Shown: positions 1-11,590 of the stretch, one piece after another | Layout: every line of letters starts with the position of its first letter | Position numbering within the stretch: the stretch's first letter is position 1 | NCBI GenBank assembly: GCA_965655095.1 | Contig: OZ296648.1 | Location: 79,980,001 to 80,044,000, forward strand | DNA: 64,000 nt | Source: Haplodiscus bocki | Lineage: Eukaryota | Reading direction: 5' to 3' | Notes under the pieces: model-generated | Told to the model about the DNA's origin: nothing | Databases searched by the model: none | What the model saw: the letters and a program-made list of their open reading frames with translations, nothing else | Made by a program: the position numbers and the translations under genes

Positions 1-75
1 AATGTGTTTATCACGTGTTGTTTCAGATTCTAACTTGATTACATGTTCGTAGGAACTGGCAATTGTATTATATCC

Positions 76-1153
76 GGTTACATGTCTTTTCGTCCTACGC
101 CATTTCAACCGCTGCAATTTCAACCGTTCACACTTTCAACCGCTCGCCTTTTCGACCGCTTGCAAATTCAACCGCCACAAACTCGACCTATTTAATTAAG
201 TTCAAGGTTATTCAATTTTTTGAAGACGTTCGAAAACAAGTAAAGTATTTAAAGAATCAATTAAACATCATCAATAAGACAGTGTTACGTAACTTCCAAA
301 GGTCATTTTGGACAAACTACCATATGTACCAAACTTGAAAATGATGTTTCTGAACATCATTAGGAAGAAATCAGATGCAATTAGCATCTCACTAGGACAA
401 CAAACTTGAAGGGACTTTGATTTCTTGTCACCGGCTTTGAACATTTTTCTAAAGGGTTAGCCAGCCCGTAGTCCAAATGTACTTCCGATCTCACAGACAG
501 GTTAAAAGATTGCGTCAGGTGGAAGACATATCGCTGTTTGTCGTTTTCGAGAGACTGCTCGCAACAGGTTGTCTTTTTTCGGCATTGCAAGCTGAACTGC
601 ATAATCATCCGAAATCTCGTATATTTCATTGGCAATTGCCACAGTTGGTGTTGAATATTGGGCTCTTCTTTTAATTTGGTTCACAACTTCTTTGGCGGGA
701 CATTTTAGCTTATAATATTTTGTGCAACGCCAGTGGATACAGTTAATAGTTGATTGTTTCTGGTTGTATGAGTGGCCGTCGTGAAGTACAATTTTTCCGG
801 CATTTTGGAACGTCTGATAGGTGCTGCTACTGGAATACTGAATGGCTCAAAATTTTTACACAATTTCGATTACGATTAGGTGCGAACTGTGTTAATTTCC
901 TATTATTGGTAAGTTAATTTCTGAATCCGGTAACTACGACGCTTTTATATTCAAACCTTATTTCAATTATTACGTTTAAAAAGGATTATTCTTTATTACA
1001 CTTAGTTACTGTAATTAATTGATTACAAGATAATTGAAGCGGTTGAATTTGCGGCGGTTGAAATGGCTCGCGGTTGAAATGGCACGCGGTTGAATGTGTG
1101 AACGGTTGAAATTGCAGCGGTTGAAATGGCATAGGACGAAATGTCCTGACACC
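76..1153 (-). mobile_element. Non-autonomous Mutator-like (MULE, Phantom-type) DNA transposon
   Basis: Perfect 9-bp direct repeat ATTATATCC at 67-75 and 1154-1162; termini GG...CC; imperfect ~110-bp TIRs (76-~188 vs ~1035-1153) built from ~15-bp subrepeats containing TTCAACCG / CGGTTGAA; internal FLYWCH-like coding remnant. Confidence 0.9.
502..846 (-). pseudogene. Truncated FLYWCH zinc-finger / MULE transposase N-terminal remnant
   Basis: Minus-strand translation GKIVLHDGHSYNQKQSTINCIHWRCTKYYKLKCPA (~798-694) matches the FLYWCH pattern (hydrophobic-DG-x-Y...WRC...KCPA) and continues in frame into ORF 502..684. The terminal HxH is missing and no DDE domain is recognisable. Confidence 0.7.
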
Positions 1154-1819
1154 ATTATATCCAACGTTATCATCTCAAGTACTCTGGTGGACCGAATTAT
1201 CGGGGGGATACAAATATCAGGGGGTATCCAATAGAAAATTTTCGGATAACTATTAGGTGGGGTCTAAAAGAGGGGGGAGGGTCTAAAATTTGACATTATG
1301 GCACAGAGTAATGACATCTCGAACTACGACTACACGTTTGAATAGACAGCGTTTTATTGCAATAGAGCTTCTGACTAACGAATTTTGAAGTTCCAGAGGC
1401 GGAAGATGAACGTTTGGTAAGAAATGACCATTTTTTGCAATCATCCGTTTTTGACGAGGCCAAACTTTTTAGCGGGTTCTAAAAATACGGACTCATAAAA
1501 GTTTGTAATGTATATAGACACAGTAATTTTCCCGAACTATTTAACCTTGAGTATGAAGAATTGTGCACTCCTGGGCTAACTGAACTGTATGCCTTGATGC
1601 GGCCCGCTAGAAATAATATCACCTACCTCAATCGGTAACAAAAAAGCAACAGAACAATTCCGGTAGCAATCTCTAGGTTTAGTGCACTTGACCCGGAATT
1701 GACAATTGCTTCAGTATTTAGACAAGTATTTATGTTGCCAAACTATTTCCGGAAATATTTTTTGCACGACCTTTGCTTTATGGATTCTGCGCTGCTATAG
1801 AATTCCAGGAAGTCGAAAA

Positions 1820-2290
1820 CGCATCAACAACCACTAACCATGTACCGACGATCGAAGCTGATGCAAGTGTGCAATATGTGTGGCGTGAGAAAGCACGATC
1901 TTTGGGGTGAAGGCAACTTCTAGCGAAAATGTATTTGCCAATGTGGTGGAAGTTGCTGAGTCCGCCGGCGTCACAACAACTTCAGCAGATATCAGCATTT
2001 GCCAACGTTTAACAACAAATTGACCGACCTGCGCCAAGAACGCTTATTGATACGTTTGAACGACGAGAAACGGAGTCAGCTGATGAAAAACAAAAAACAA
2101 ACGAACATACCAAAGTCTGTGAATGATGTTCTGATGACGTTCGAGCTAAGCTAACGAGTGAACCGACAAAAAGAGATGAGCGGAAAGAAGTCAATGCGAT
2201 TGTGGTCTTCAAATAAATGAAACTGAAGTTTTTTGAGAACTTATGTAGACTGCAGCAAGGGGATTCCAACTTGTTCTTAGGCGTTTGCAA
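1820..2290 (+). pseudogene. Degenerate LINE ORF1-like fragment (L1-type RRM/CTD, as in CR1/L2 elements)
   Basis: Frameshifted plus-strand translation DASVQY.WRE...ENVFANVVEVAESAGVTTTSADISICQRL...PRTLIDTFERRET...LMKNKK...VND...RAKL resembles the ORF1 pattern EQYSRR...DISI.HRL...PR.IIV.F.RR...LMKNK...IND.LT. Confidence 0.6.
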
Positions 2291-3157
2291 AGATTCAAAG
2301 CTTTTCGCTATGTGAAATACTGGAATAACGTTTACATCAAATAACTGTTCATATTAATTTTCCTTCTTTTATCTTTCTGTCACATCGACACAAATCCCGG
2401 ACCTGAACAAAATTATCCGCATTTTCTGGAAACTTCCGTATTTTAGCCAGTTGTAGCCTCGGCTTATTGCATATTTTGGGGCTAAATTTTCCGTCCTCAC
2501 ATCGAATGCTTCCAATTCACATGCGGCCAGTCGCAAAAAGATGGGTAGCTAACTAGTGCCTCTCACGGAAGACATATCTCGGGTTTAATTACTCCGCATT
2601 TGATTAAAATACTACTAGTTACAAAAAAGGCGATTTCACGTTTCAATTCCACAAGTTTCACCATGATTATTCAACACTCAGGGGCAGAATTCAACGTTTG
2701 TTAAGGCTTATATTCGTGTACGGACACTATTTTTTTCAAACTTGTGCGGCTTGAATACGAATTTTTTATATAGTACTGGAAAAATGCTTTTCAATATAAC
2801 ATATAATCAAGGAAACTCTTAAAAATTCATTTTTTCAAACAAAGAGTAGATAACCTTGATAGCGTTTTATTTGAGTCACTACCAATTGTGTGGCTGATCG
2901 ACTACAAATTTGACTGTTAAAGAAAGATAATCTAGATACTGTGAGTGCCCTACTTGATACTATGGGTTCTCACCGGCTAGGCCCAGTTTACTTAATATAG
3001 AGTGAGAAGTCAACCAACACTCACACTGGTGAAACAATCCCTCAAACATATAGTAGGGATCAAAACCTCGATTTCAACTGGTTGTCAAAGCAGATAATTA
3101 CGCATCAGTTTACATGATATATTTCGTGAAAAACCCTCTATTGGTAAACAAATTTGA

Positions 3158-3247
3158 TAGACGCTCAAAAGTTTTGACCAAAATTTATTAGAACTCCCCT
3201 GGTAGACGCTCAAAAGTTTTGACCAAAATTTATTAGAACTCCCATGG
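3158..3247 (+). repeat. 45-bp tandem duplication (2 copies, 1 mismatch)
   Basis: TAGACGCTCAAAAGTTTTGACCAAAATTTATTAGAACTCCC(C/A)TGG at 3158 and 3203. Confidence 0.95.
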
Positions 3248-4958
3248 TATAAGATGAATGAAATTACAATTATTGATGATATGTTCGTATACTAGATAGC
3301 GAGTGGTCTAGAAAAGCATGCCACGCGTTACGCAGTTTTTGTGTAAAAGAAAAAAAATGTTTGCATATGAATGCAAAAGTTCAACGAAAAACAAGCAAAA
3401 ACGTCAGAAAGCGAACGAGTCCTACATAAATGTTCCAAAAAGTGAACAAGTTTCGAGTTTCTCTGGTACACGACATGCTGTGACAATTTCTCAAAAAGAA
3501 CAAGAGTTGTTTTAGTTTGCTTCGAACAGTGAAAGACCGTTGGAATTTAACGGAAAACATCTCAAAATATCATACCTACAAGGAATTCGTTTGTGCAGAT
3601 TTAATTGTAGACTCGGGAAAAAGCGCTGATCATTTCAAATTGGTTTTCTCAAAGTTGGGAGAGTAAGTTGGTGAGAAAAAAGTGGAGCCCCTGAGTTGTC
3701 GAAACGAAATTCAGAAATCAGTTCAAAAAAATTATCAAGAAGACTTTTTATGTCTGAAGTTTGAACCCCAGCAAACCGCAGGAACTTGCACAGTTCTCGC
3801 TTCGGAAAAACAGATGGAAAAAAGTTGAAGTATCCCATTGAAAACTTTGATCCATCAATGCATTTTACAACCAAATTGAAACGAGCGATTGTCAACTCCT
3901 TCATGTAAGAACTATAACATACTTCATGCAGTTGATTATAGCTTATCCCATCACGACAGTTTTCTGGAAAAAAACTGGAAAATTCTACAGAAAACATATA
4001 CGTATGTTGAAAGTAGAAAAATTTTACACAGAGGCGAAGATGAGTTCTGAAGACACATGGCAGGTAAAAATCTGCATCGAATCATAGCCTACCGACGAGT
4101 TTTGCTCACCGAGGAAAAACCTCACATGAGAGCGCAAATTAGTGTGGAATCACGGTGAAGGTAATTGAAAAACAAGAAAAAAAATTCTGCAATTTCACAG
4201 ATTGACTAGATGGTGCGGTTTTGAATGAGCCCCGCTAAACATGGGCTAAACTGAGTTCCGCAAAGCAGGCCACATGATAAGAGCAGCGATTGCAGCTTCC
4301 ACCAGAGTAATTTTTCAATTTCTAGTTAAATAAGTCTAAACCATCAACTTCTAACCTTTTGAACTTCGTAAGTTTTTATTTGAAAAATCATACACATGAA
4401 GTAACCTTTCTTTTCTTGGCTTTGAGCAAAATTCAACTACAAGGACTTCTATCAACTGCGGACTACCAATGCAAAAAATAGTGTTCAGGACAAACACTTT
4501 CAAAAAATCTGCGTAAAAACGAGCTGAATTTCGGAATTTGAAGAACTTTTGGGATGGTACATGAAAATGGAGATAAATGGCATCTAGCAGATTTTTCGAA
4601 AAAAGAAAAGTTAGATAAAAAAGGCAGATTGGCGATAAGACAGTAGTGTACAATGACGTCACCGTCGAAAACATTTTTTACCGGAAAAAAGTAAAGCTTA
4701 AGGTGAAAAACAAATTCCAGAAAATGCGAAAAATATCACATTTTCTGAGCCACAACTTTACAAAAACTACACGATTGGAAAAAATATAGTTCAAGGAAGT
4801 AACTTTGAAAACATTAGCTCACCAAAATGTTATTTAAGTTTCGCAGTTCAAAATGAAATATTTCGTTGACAGCATATCAAAATGGAAATTATAGGTTTCC
4901 TGCAAATTTTGAAAAATAGTAGTTGAATTAAAAGCGTGAGATTGCAATCCAATCAACA

Positions 4959-5011
4959 TCTGATGCAAAAACAGTAAGTCTGATGCAAAAACAGTATGTC
5001 TGATGCAAAAA
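4959..5011 (+). repeat. 20-bp minisatellite, ~2.6 copies
   Basis: TCTGATGCAAAAACAGTA(A/T)G at 4959 and 4979, partial at 4999. Confidence 0.9.
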
Positions 5012-5641
5012 AGAGTGTATGATAAAAGCACTTCTAATTTACTGAGGATCCATTTCCACGGTCCCATCTTTCATTCCATCGTTTTCACTTGACTTTCAAT
5101 TTTCAGACGTTGAAAAGAATCAACTTTAAGACGTTGAAAAGAAAAAAGCATTTCAACGGTCTAGAACAGTTCTGACCACCCATCTACTGTCAGCGAAGCA
5201 AGCAAACGATGAATTTAATTAATTAACACGATTTGTTCAGGTGCAGTGCAGAAAAAAAGTCTGTTACGACAAAAAGCTGGCGTTGCCATCTAAAATACTG
5301 TTGCAGGGTGATCTTCGAGAAATATATTGCTCTTTGGATGCTCTTCTCTGGATGCTTCTTCACTGAAAAAGTACGTAATGAAATGCAGATTAGCAATATT
5401 GTTCATGCAATAGCGTTCGATTTGTTGAAACTTTTGTCTCGACTTCCCTATAGATACTTCAACGAAAAATTCAGGTAATGATTTTTTCGCCCTCACATTC
5501 AGATATGGTCAAAAGTTCCACTAGTAAAGAACTTTACAAGTAAAAACCAACAACAACTTCTGATTTCATTGATTTGAAACTAGGAGTTCCTCGGGTTACC
5601 GTGTTGAGACCATCGCAGTTTAAATTGTACGTTAACAGAGA

Positions 5642-5684
5642 GGCGAAGATGTCTTTCGCAATACTTCCACCAACGGCATACTAG
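5642..5684 (+). mobile_element. Helitron-like 3' end (hairpin + CTAG), copy 1
   Basis: GGCGAAGATGT...ATACTTCCACC-AACGGCATA-CTAG|T; homologous to 10213-10255 and 32618-32663. Confidence 0.55.
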
Positions 5685-5719
5685 TAAAAAATGACTATAT
5701 TTGTTGATTTAGAACCAGA

Positions 5720-6255
5720 CTCAAAAAATCTCATTTCACTTGTCAATCATGAGGACATGAGAAGCAAGAAGTTGCATAAATTGGGTCGAATAAGAGTAAA
5801 CAATTTTCATAACATGAACCTATGTGGCTATCTTCACAATTTGAGATTCAATGGTGTCAATTTTGATGACTGACCGGCGGTATGTGCGGTCATGAAAAAT
5901 GTTCGGAAGAATTGTTTAATAATAATAACCAAACTGAGAACTTGAAAATTTTACATGTAAAGTTCTTTCGGGACACCTAATACACTGCCTACGCTGTCTC
6001 ATTTTCAAAAAATTGTGTGAATCACCCTTCAAAACGCTGTTGTACAATTTTTAGACCAATGTAAAAAATTGCACTTTTCAGAACGCGAAAATAAATAAGT
6101 ACCTGCCAACATACTTCAGGAAGGGCCGTCTTTGACTTCTTACACTCGATGACTAGTTTCTCTGATGACGTCACAAAATGCAAGTTTTAGACAGGCTGAG
6201 AAAACTATGCACAAGCCGACTTCCATTACACATTCTTCCTGTCAGTCAGAAAATA
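5720..6255 (+). repeat. Dispersed ~550-bp repeat, copy A
   Basis: Collinear with ~30405-30960; shared strings include TGACTGACCGGCGGTATGTGCGGTC and AATAATAACCAAACTGAGAACTTGAAAATTTTACATGTAA. Confidence 0.9.
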
Positions 6256-6278
6256 CAAATAAAGATACTGATTCTTAA

Positions 6279-6452
6279 ACGGCCATGGCCTAGTCAGTAG
6301 AACATGGGACTGTGGCGCCAAAGGTTCCAGTTTCGAGCCTACGACACTGCCTTCTCTGATTTGTCAAAATCTAGGAACTTGTGAGAGTTCTAAACGTATC
6401 AGGAAAAAAAGAATGCAGAGGCCTGTGATAAAACAATTGCTTGCAGTGTAAT
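6279..6452 (+). mobile_element. tRNA-His(GTG)-derived SINE-like unit, copy 1
   Basis: A-box-like TGGCCTAGTCAG (6286), anticodon loop CT-GTG-GC (GTG 6312-6314), B-box-like GTTTCGAGCC (6330), plus a ~100-bp non-tRNA tail shared with copies 2 and 3. Confidence 0.75.
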
Positions 6453-7841
6453 GACATACCTCGCCGAGACCGTTGATAATGATCGTAATGTATGGCATGC
6501 AGACAACTGCTTAAAGTTCTGTAGTCATAAAACATCTAACTCCTTCGAAATTGCAAATTTATGTTAACAAACTAGAACCTATTTAACTTTTAATTGTTCA
6601 AATGTCAACTACACCAGAACTAAATTTTTAAATTTTTCGAAGAAAAACAACATAGGCACGTGATTATTCATAAAAGTATTGAAAACGGAGTCACACTGTC
6701 CAAGAGGCGCGAGGAATGGAAAAAATGGGCATCATAATATATCCAAATGTCACTCTTCAATCGCGAGTCAAAGAAGTACTTAAGAAGATCGCAATTGGAA
6801 TTCAAACAGTTGAAACTGTACAGAACATGTTTACCGCTATGACTCTGCTATTTGCAAACTCTTGTTATAATTTTCCAGACTCTTGTTTTGAGCCATTTGG
6901 AGTATTCTGCTATTTGTTTGTTGCAAGTTCCCCCATCTCTCATCTTAACCCTAGGGAAACTTGAACTGGACCTTACAGTGTGTATTTCTTCGGTCAAACT
7001 TCAAGTCGTCAGAATAATAACCAAGCAAAAAGATAATATCAGAATACGACAGCTAATTGAATTGAAATTTTTCTTTGATCTTTTTTAATATATCGCAAAC
7101 AAAAAATGAGCCATCCCATGAGCATTAAACTACCAAGAACCAACTTTCGTTTCAGCTATCGATCGAATGAGACAATTCTGTTGGGGAAATATTCATTTGT
7201 TTCTCGTCAATAGTCTTTCGTCACTCAAATTTCTCATAAGTGGAGCATCTAACCTTAGCACCTGCACGATACTACTGTCAGTTTACAAGTTTTCAAAATA
7301 AGTTGAAGAGACAATGAATTTTTGAGACTAAGGCGCTTTCATTCCACCTTGCTAACAGAAGCCGTGATTTCCACTTCAGGTAGATGAAACTAGTTGTTTT
7401 GAATTGATAATATTCTGTGCTTATGGTTAATGCATAAATCGTTTATACTTGGTATATTTGGCTTCGGCTCTCATTAACTATGGATAAAGTGTTCTCTCTC
7501 ATGTTAACCAGGCATTTCGTTTTGTGGCAGAGTAGTTTAACAAAAACTTTTGACAGCACCCATATCAATTGAAGTTGTCTGAAAAATAAAAAAGACGATA
7601 GTTCTGCGCCATTAATTAAATCGCTGAAGCATTCTTTAGCGGCCGCGATTTCTCTGAGCTACTTAAAGGCACGTCAGATCCCTGATATTTAACTTCTGAC
7701 TTCGGGCTAGATGAACAAAACTAAATTTGTATTTAATTTATGGAGAAAATATATGGTGGAACAGATTCTCACCGGTTTTTCTGTTATTTGGCGAAATCTG
7801 ACAAAAAAATGTTTCAGAAACTGTCAACTAATGCAGCTAAC

Positions 7842-7976
7842 CGATAGATCCTCCTGCAGGCCCATTAGAAGAGTGCAACTTCGTGGTTCCAATGGGTGAA
7901 GTGAAGGGAGAATGTTGAGAGGGTTGAATTGCAGACACACCCGTAGCAAAAGCCACGCCTCCTGTACTAGTCGACC
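7842..7976 (-). CDS. Internal exon of the minus-strand host gene (STSTGGVAFATGVSAIQPSQHSPFTSPIGTTKLHSSNGPAGGSI)
   Basis: Acceptor ttttccAG, donor GTTAG, 135 nt open, phase 1/1, compatible with the phase-1 end of exon 17178-17329; same Ser/Gly/Pro/Thr-rich composition and locally higher GC. Confidence 0.65.
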
Positions 7977-8820
7977 CTGGAAAAATCAATAATGATTTAT
8001 AATATAAGTATCATATATACATCAAATTAATACAGGTTGATTTCCAACTGACCCATGGAACCGATTTTTCAATTCAACGAAAGTAGCTGAATCAAAAGAT
8101 ACAACTGACTGGCCCATAGGCTTTGCTTACCACTATCGATACCGATGCGAAGTGGAGGATTAGCATGACATGTTTACCAGAACAGCGACAAATCAAAAAT
8201 TACATCTTCAGCGAGCGGCAGGGCAGCATGACAGAATTTGCTAGTCTTGGGAAAAAAGAATTATACATTGAAATAGTTATTATCATCAAGAAAACTTCGA
8301 AGATCCGAAAGACTAACAATAGTGGAATCATACACTATATGTCAACATAATCTTTTCGGAAACATCAATTTGCATACAGTTGTTTGGCAATTATGTAACT
8401 CGCAAACGAGGAAGTGCCTGCCTTTTCAACAAGCTTTTAACGCTCAGGTCAAACTACTACACTTTCTGATATCGTTGCAAAAAGTACTTTAGGCCAGATG
8501 AAAAAAAGTTTATCACCAAATTCTAATATACAACTGAAATTCAATTTAACCACGTGTAAAAACAACTATATGTTGACGAAACAGATTCTTTGCAACATGT
8601 ATGCTGGCACACGACAACCACACGCCAAAACTCATATTGGTTCAAAAAACAATTGAAAAAAACACAAGGATCTTCAGAGACAATTGATACAAAAACCTAC
8701 ATATAAGTGACATTTCTAGAAGTACGATACCAATTATTAATCAAGCGTCTGCTCAAAAAAATCAAATAGAGACGAGTACTTGGCAGTCTCGTACTTGATT
8801 ATCTAATCTAGCTTCGATAG

Positions 8821-9233
8821 GGGTGCCGTACATTTAGCCGACCACTCAATCGACTGTCCTATTGAACTGATTTGCATTGCGCGTATTTAACTTCCGCTCA
8901 TCGCTCGGAAATCTTACGTAACCGAATCTCGCTAGCTCAGCCAATAGTATTCGAGAAACACGCTAAATTCGGCGGACAGAACAATCAGTTTAATGAGCAG
9001 TCGGTCACTTGATACGGGTGCCGTTCAATTAGCCGACCGCTCAATGAACCGAATGTGCTATTGAAGGAATTTGCATTGCGCGTATTTAACTTCCACTCAT
9101 CGCTCGGAATTATTACGTAACGAATCACAGTACCTCAGCCAATAATACTTCAGAAGTAAGTTAAAATCGGATCGTTGAACAATCGGTTAACAGATCCGTC
9201 GGCCAGTTGATACGTCACCCATTTGATACGTCC
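8821..9233. mobile_element. Two nested ~200-bp MULE-like MITEs
   Basis: Units start GGGTGCCGT..A.TTAGCCGAC at 8821 and 9016. Unit 2 ends GTCGGCCAGTTGATACGTCACCC (9220, imperfect TIR) and is flanked by ACTTGATAC (9007-9015) / ATTTGATAC (9221-9229), an 8/9 match TSD. Confidence 0.75.
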
Positions 9234-9562
9234 GTTGATGTAACTGATGTCCTATATTTCAAAACTTCACACATTCAAGAACTCGAATATGAAAAAAGTA
9301 AACATGGAAATTTTATCAAGTGTTTCGATCGATTACGTACCAAATGAAATAGGACCGCTAAACATAAATTTGAGAGTAGTCTAACTAAACATAAAATTGT
9401 CAATAAACATTAGTCACAATGAGTACAATTCTGCTAATAACAGCCGGAAAGGGATTTTCACTACCGGCATCATTGAAACCAACGACTTCGGCACCTCGAT
9501 ATTGCCCGTTTCCACCGCTTGGTGGCAGTTATTTGTACCTTGCTACGCTTGGGGAAACTTAC

Positions 9563-9604
9563 CTGCCGCCAGTAGTAACAATTTGTTGTTCATGAAAACA
9601 TCCG
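9563..9604 (-). CDS. Candidate 42-nt cassette exon of the host gene (DVFMNNKLLLLAA)
   Basis: Strong donor CAG|GTAAGT, acceptor aatcAG with weak pyrimidine tract, phase 1/1, frame-preserving. Confidence 0.35.
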
Positions 9605-10212
9605 CTGATTATATTCTAACAAAGTTATTGGATAGTATGCATGTAAATTTCAGCCAATCAGAAAATTTTGTCGGTACGAGATTTAACTTTTATGTATATT
9701 GAGACTCTTTTCAATTTTACGTTTACTGGTCTAATGTCATTTGGGAATCCACTGTTTCGATCAAACAGCAAGATTTTCTTAAGGCATTAAAGAGTTTTTA
9801 TTAATTAAAAAGGAAGCGTCTCGGATAACAATTTAAATAAGTGAGTAGAAAGATAGCAAGATTGGAACTTAATTCTCCAAATTTTCGATTGAAAAGTTCG
9901 ATTGTCCATCAAATTTTTTTACTTATTCGAAATCGAGAGTATTATTTCAAAAGTTTTCAGCATTTTCGACCATCGACGCATAAGACTTCTTTTTATACCC
10001 AAAGCCGATATCGAGTGGTTGGGAGAATTTCCTATCCTTCCACTCCAGAGCATTTGACTTCAACTTGTTTTCAAACAGTCACTTATTGAAAACGCTCATA
10101 TAAGTTGAAATATATCAATCATCTTATTCTAAATCAAGTAAATTGCATCTGTAGCACCTAAAAACAATGAGATATTAGAAATAACGCAAATTACGAAAAA
10201 TTGAAACACCGA

Positions 10213-10255
10213 GGCGAAATTGTGCTCCGCAACATTTTCGCCAATGGAATACTAG
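10213..10255 (+). mobile_element. Helitron-like 3' end (hairpin + CTAG), copy 2
   Basis: Stem GGCGAAATTGT / ACATTTTCGCC followed after 9 nt by CTAG|T. Confidence 0.6.
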
Positions 10256-10425
10256 TTAACAAAGCGACGAAATAAAACTGATTTTTGAAGAAGCCACGGT
10301 ACTACGAATACTATTCATAACAAATGTACAGAAACTCAGTTAGTTCTTCTGCATATATATATACTAGTAAGAAACGCTATAATATTTTACTCGGTTGATA
10401 TTTCAAATAAAAACACTAATATCAA

Positions 10426-10592
10426 GCTGCAATGGCACACTCAGTAGAACATGCGACTGCGGCGCGAGAGATACCAGGTTCAAGCCTGGGACAATTCATC
10501 CTCTCTTTGGTCATAATCTAAGAACTTGTGCAAGTTGAACGCATCAAAAAAAGAATTCAGAAGCCTATGATATAACACTTGCTTGCGCAAGT
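10426..10592 (+). mobile_element. tRNA-derived SINE-like unit, copy 2
   Basis: TGGCACACTCAGTAGAAC...CTGCGGC...GGTTCAAGCC (10477); tail GTCATAATCTAAGAACTTGTG...AAGAATTCAGAAGCCT...TGCTTGC homologous to copies 1 and 3. Confidence 0.75.
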
Positions 10593-11508
10593 TTAATAAA
10601 ACTAACAAAGGCAAGACGGAGTCTTAGCAACACATACTATTCAAAATTACGACTTTTGAAAACTTATCTTGAAACAACTGAAAACCGCAGATCCTGAAAA
10701 ACATTTGATACCACGACTACACATGTGATTTGAAATTTTTACAATAATGAGAGCTGTCAATGTTTTCTTTTCAAAAAAGATACTAGGTGACCTAGAAAAA
10801 ACCATAAATAATCCGAATTTGCAGCTCTTGGATTGCAGCCAGTATTGGATGATAAATTTGCTATAGCTTAGGTATTCGCTAGTCATTCTCGTTCGCTGGC
10901 TCACAACCGAATTTCCACCGTATTCAAAACATAGAAACTCAATCACATGTGTGAAAATACCTAAAAGAAAATTCTGCAACAAGAATCCCGTGGAAAAATA
11001 TACACAGTATACGATAATTGAAACTTGCAGTACCATTCAAACAAAACTCGGACTCATTGCAGGCGTAGGCTCCAAGTTGAAGAATTCCGCATTTTGGAAC
11101 GTTACATCAAGAACAAACGTACAATGGTCACCACTTTCTCACTGCCAAAAACACAAGAAAAAAATCTAGTCCCAATCAAAAGTCCCAACGTGATAAAATG
11201 AACTGTTTGAATAAATTACATGCCAAATTCAGGCCAATTGAAACCTTAGAAGCCAAATTTCGGCATTTGAAAGATTTCTCCAATCCGGACAATTTTTGAA
11301 AAAAAACCTTTTCTCCAGCAGAAACTTCCAAACCTTCAAACAAAACAATTCATCAAGTCCAGAAGGTTTCGAGAAGCGAAATGTATTTTAATTCAAAAAT
11401 TTTGAACATGAAAAATTTCTCGAACAGCCCTTTTTTCGTCAACTGTTTGTTCATTTCTCTATCTGCTTTAACTGTAACCAAATAGTCAGAAAAGACGTCA
11501 CATCTATT

Positions 11509-11590
11509 GCACATTTTCGAAAAAGCCAAAAAACACCATTTGCAAATACCGCACATTTTCGAAAAAGCCAAAAAACACCATTTGCAAATA
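11509..11590 (+). repeat. 42-bp tandem duplication
   Basis: GCACATTTTCGAAAAAGCCAAAAAACACCATTTGCAAATA at 11509 and 11551. Confidence 0.95.

Larger units (their letters stand above)
1182..4307. mobile_element. Candidate TA-flanked (Tc1/mariner-like) element with short TIRs
   Basis: TA|CTCTGGTGGA at 1180-1191 and its exact reverse complement TCCACCAGAG|TA at 4298-4309; left end has G-rich subterminal repeats (ATCGGGGGG, ATCAGGGGG); right subterminal region poorly conserved. Confidence 0.35.

Noticed and set aside
2436-2775. Tc2/pogo-like MITE (CCGTATTT…GGCTTA motifs)
   Set aside because: The ends do not form a convincing inverted pair or TSD.
6279-6350. Functional tRNA-His genes (also 10426 and 32813)
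   Set aside because: Acceptor and anticodon stems do not pair well, copies are diverged, no T-run terminator follows, and all share a non-tRNA tail.
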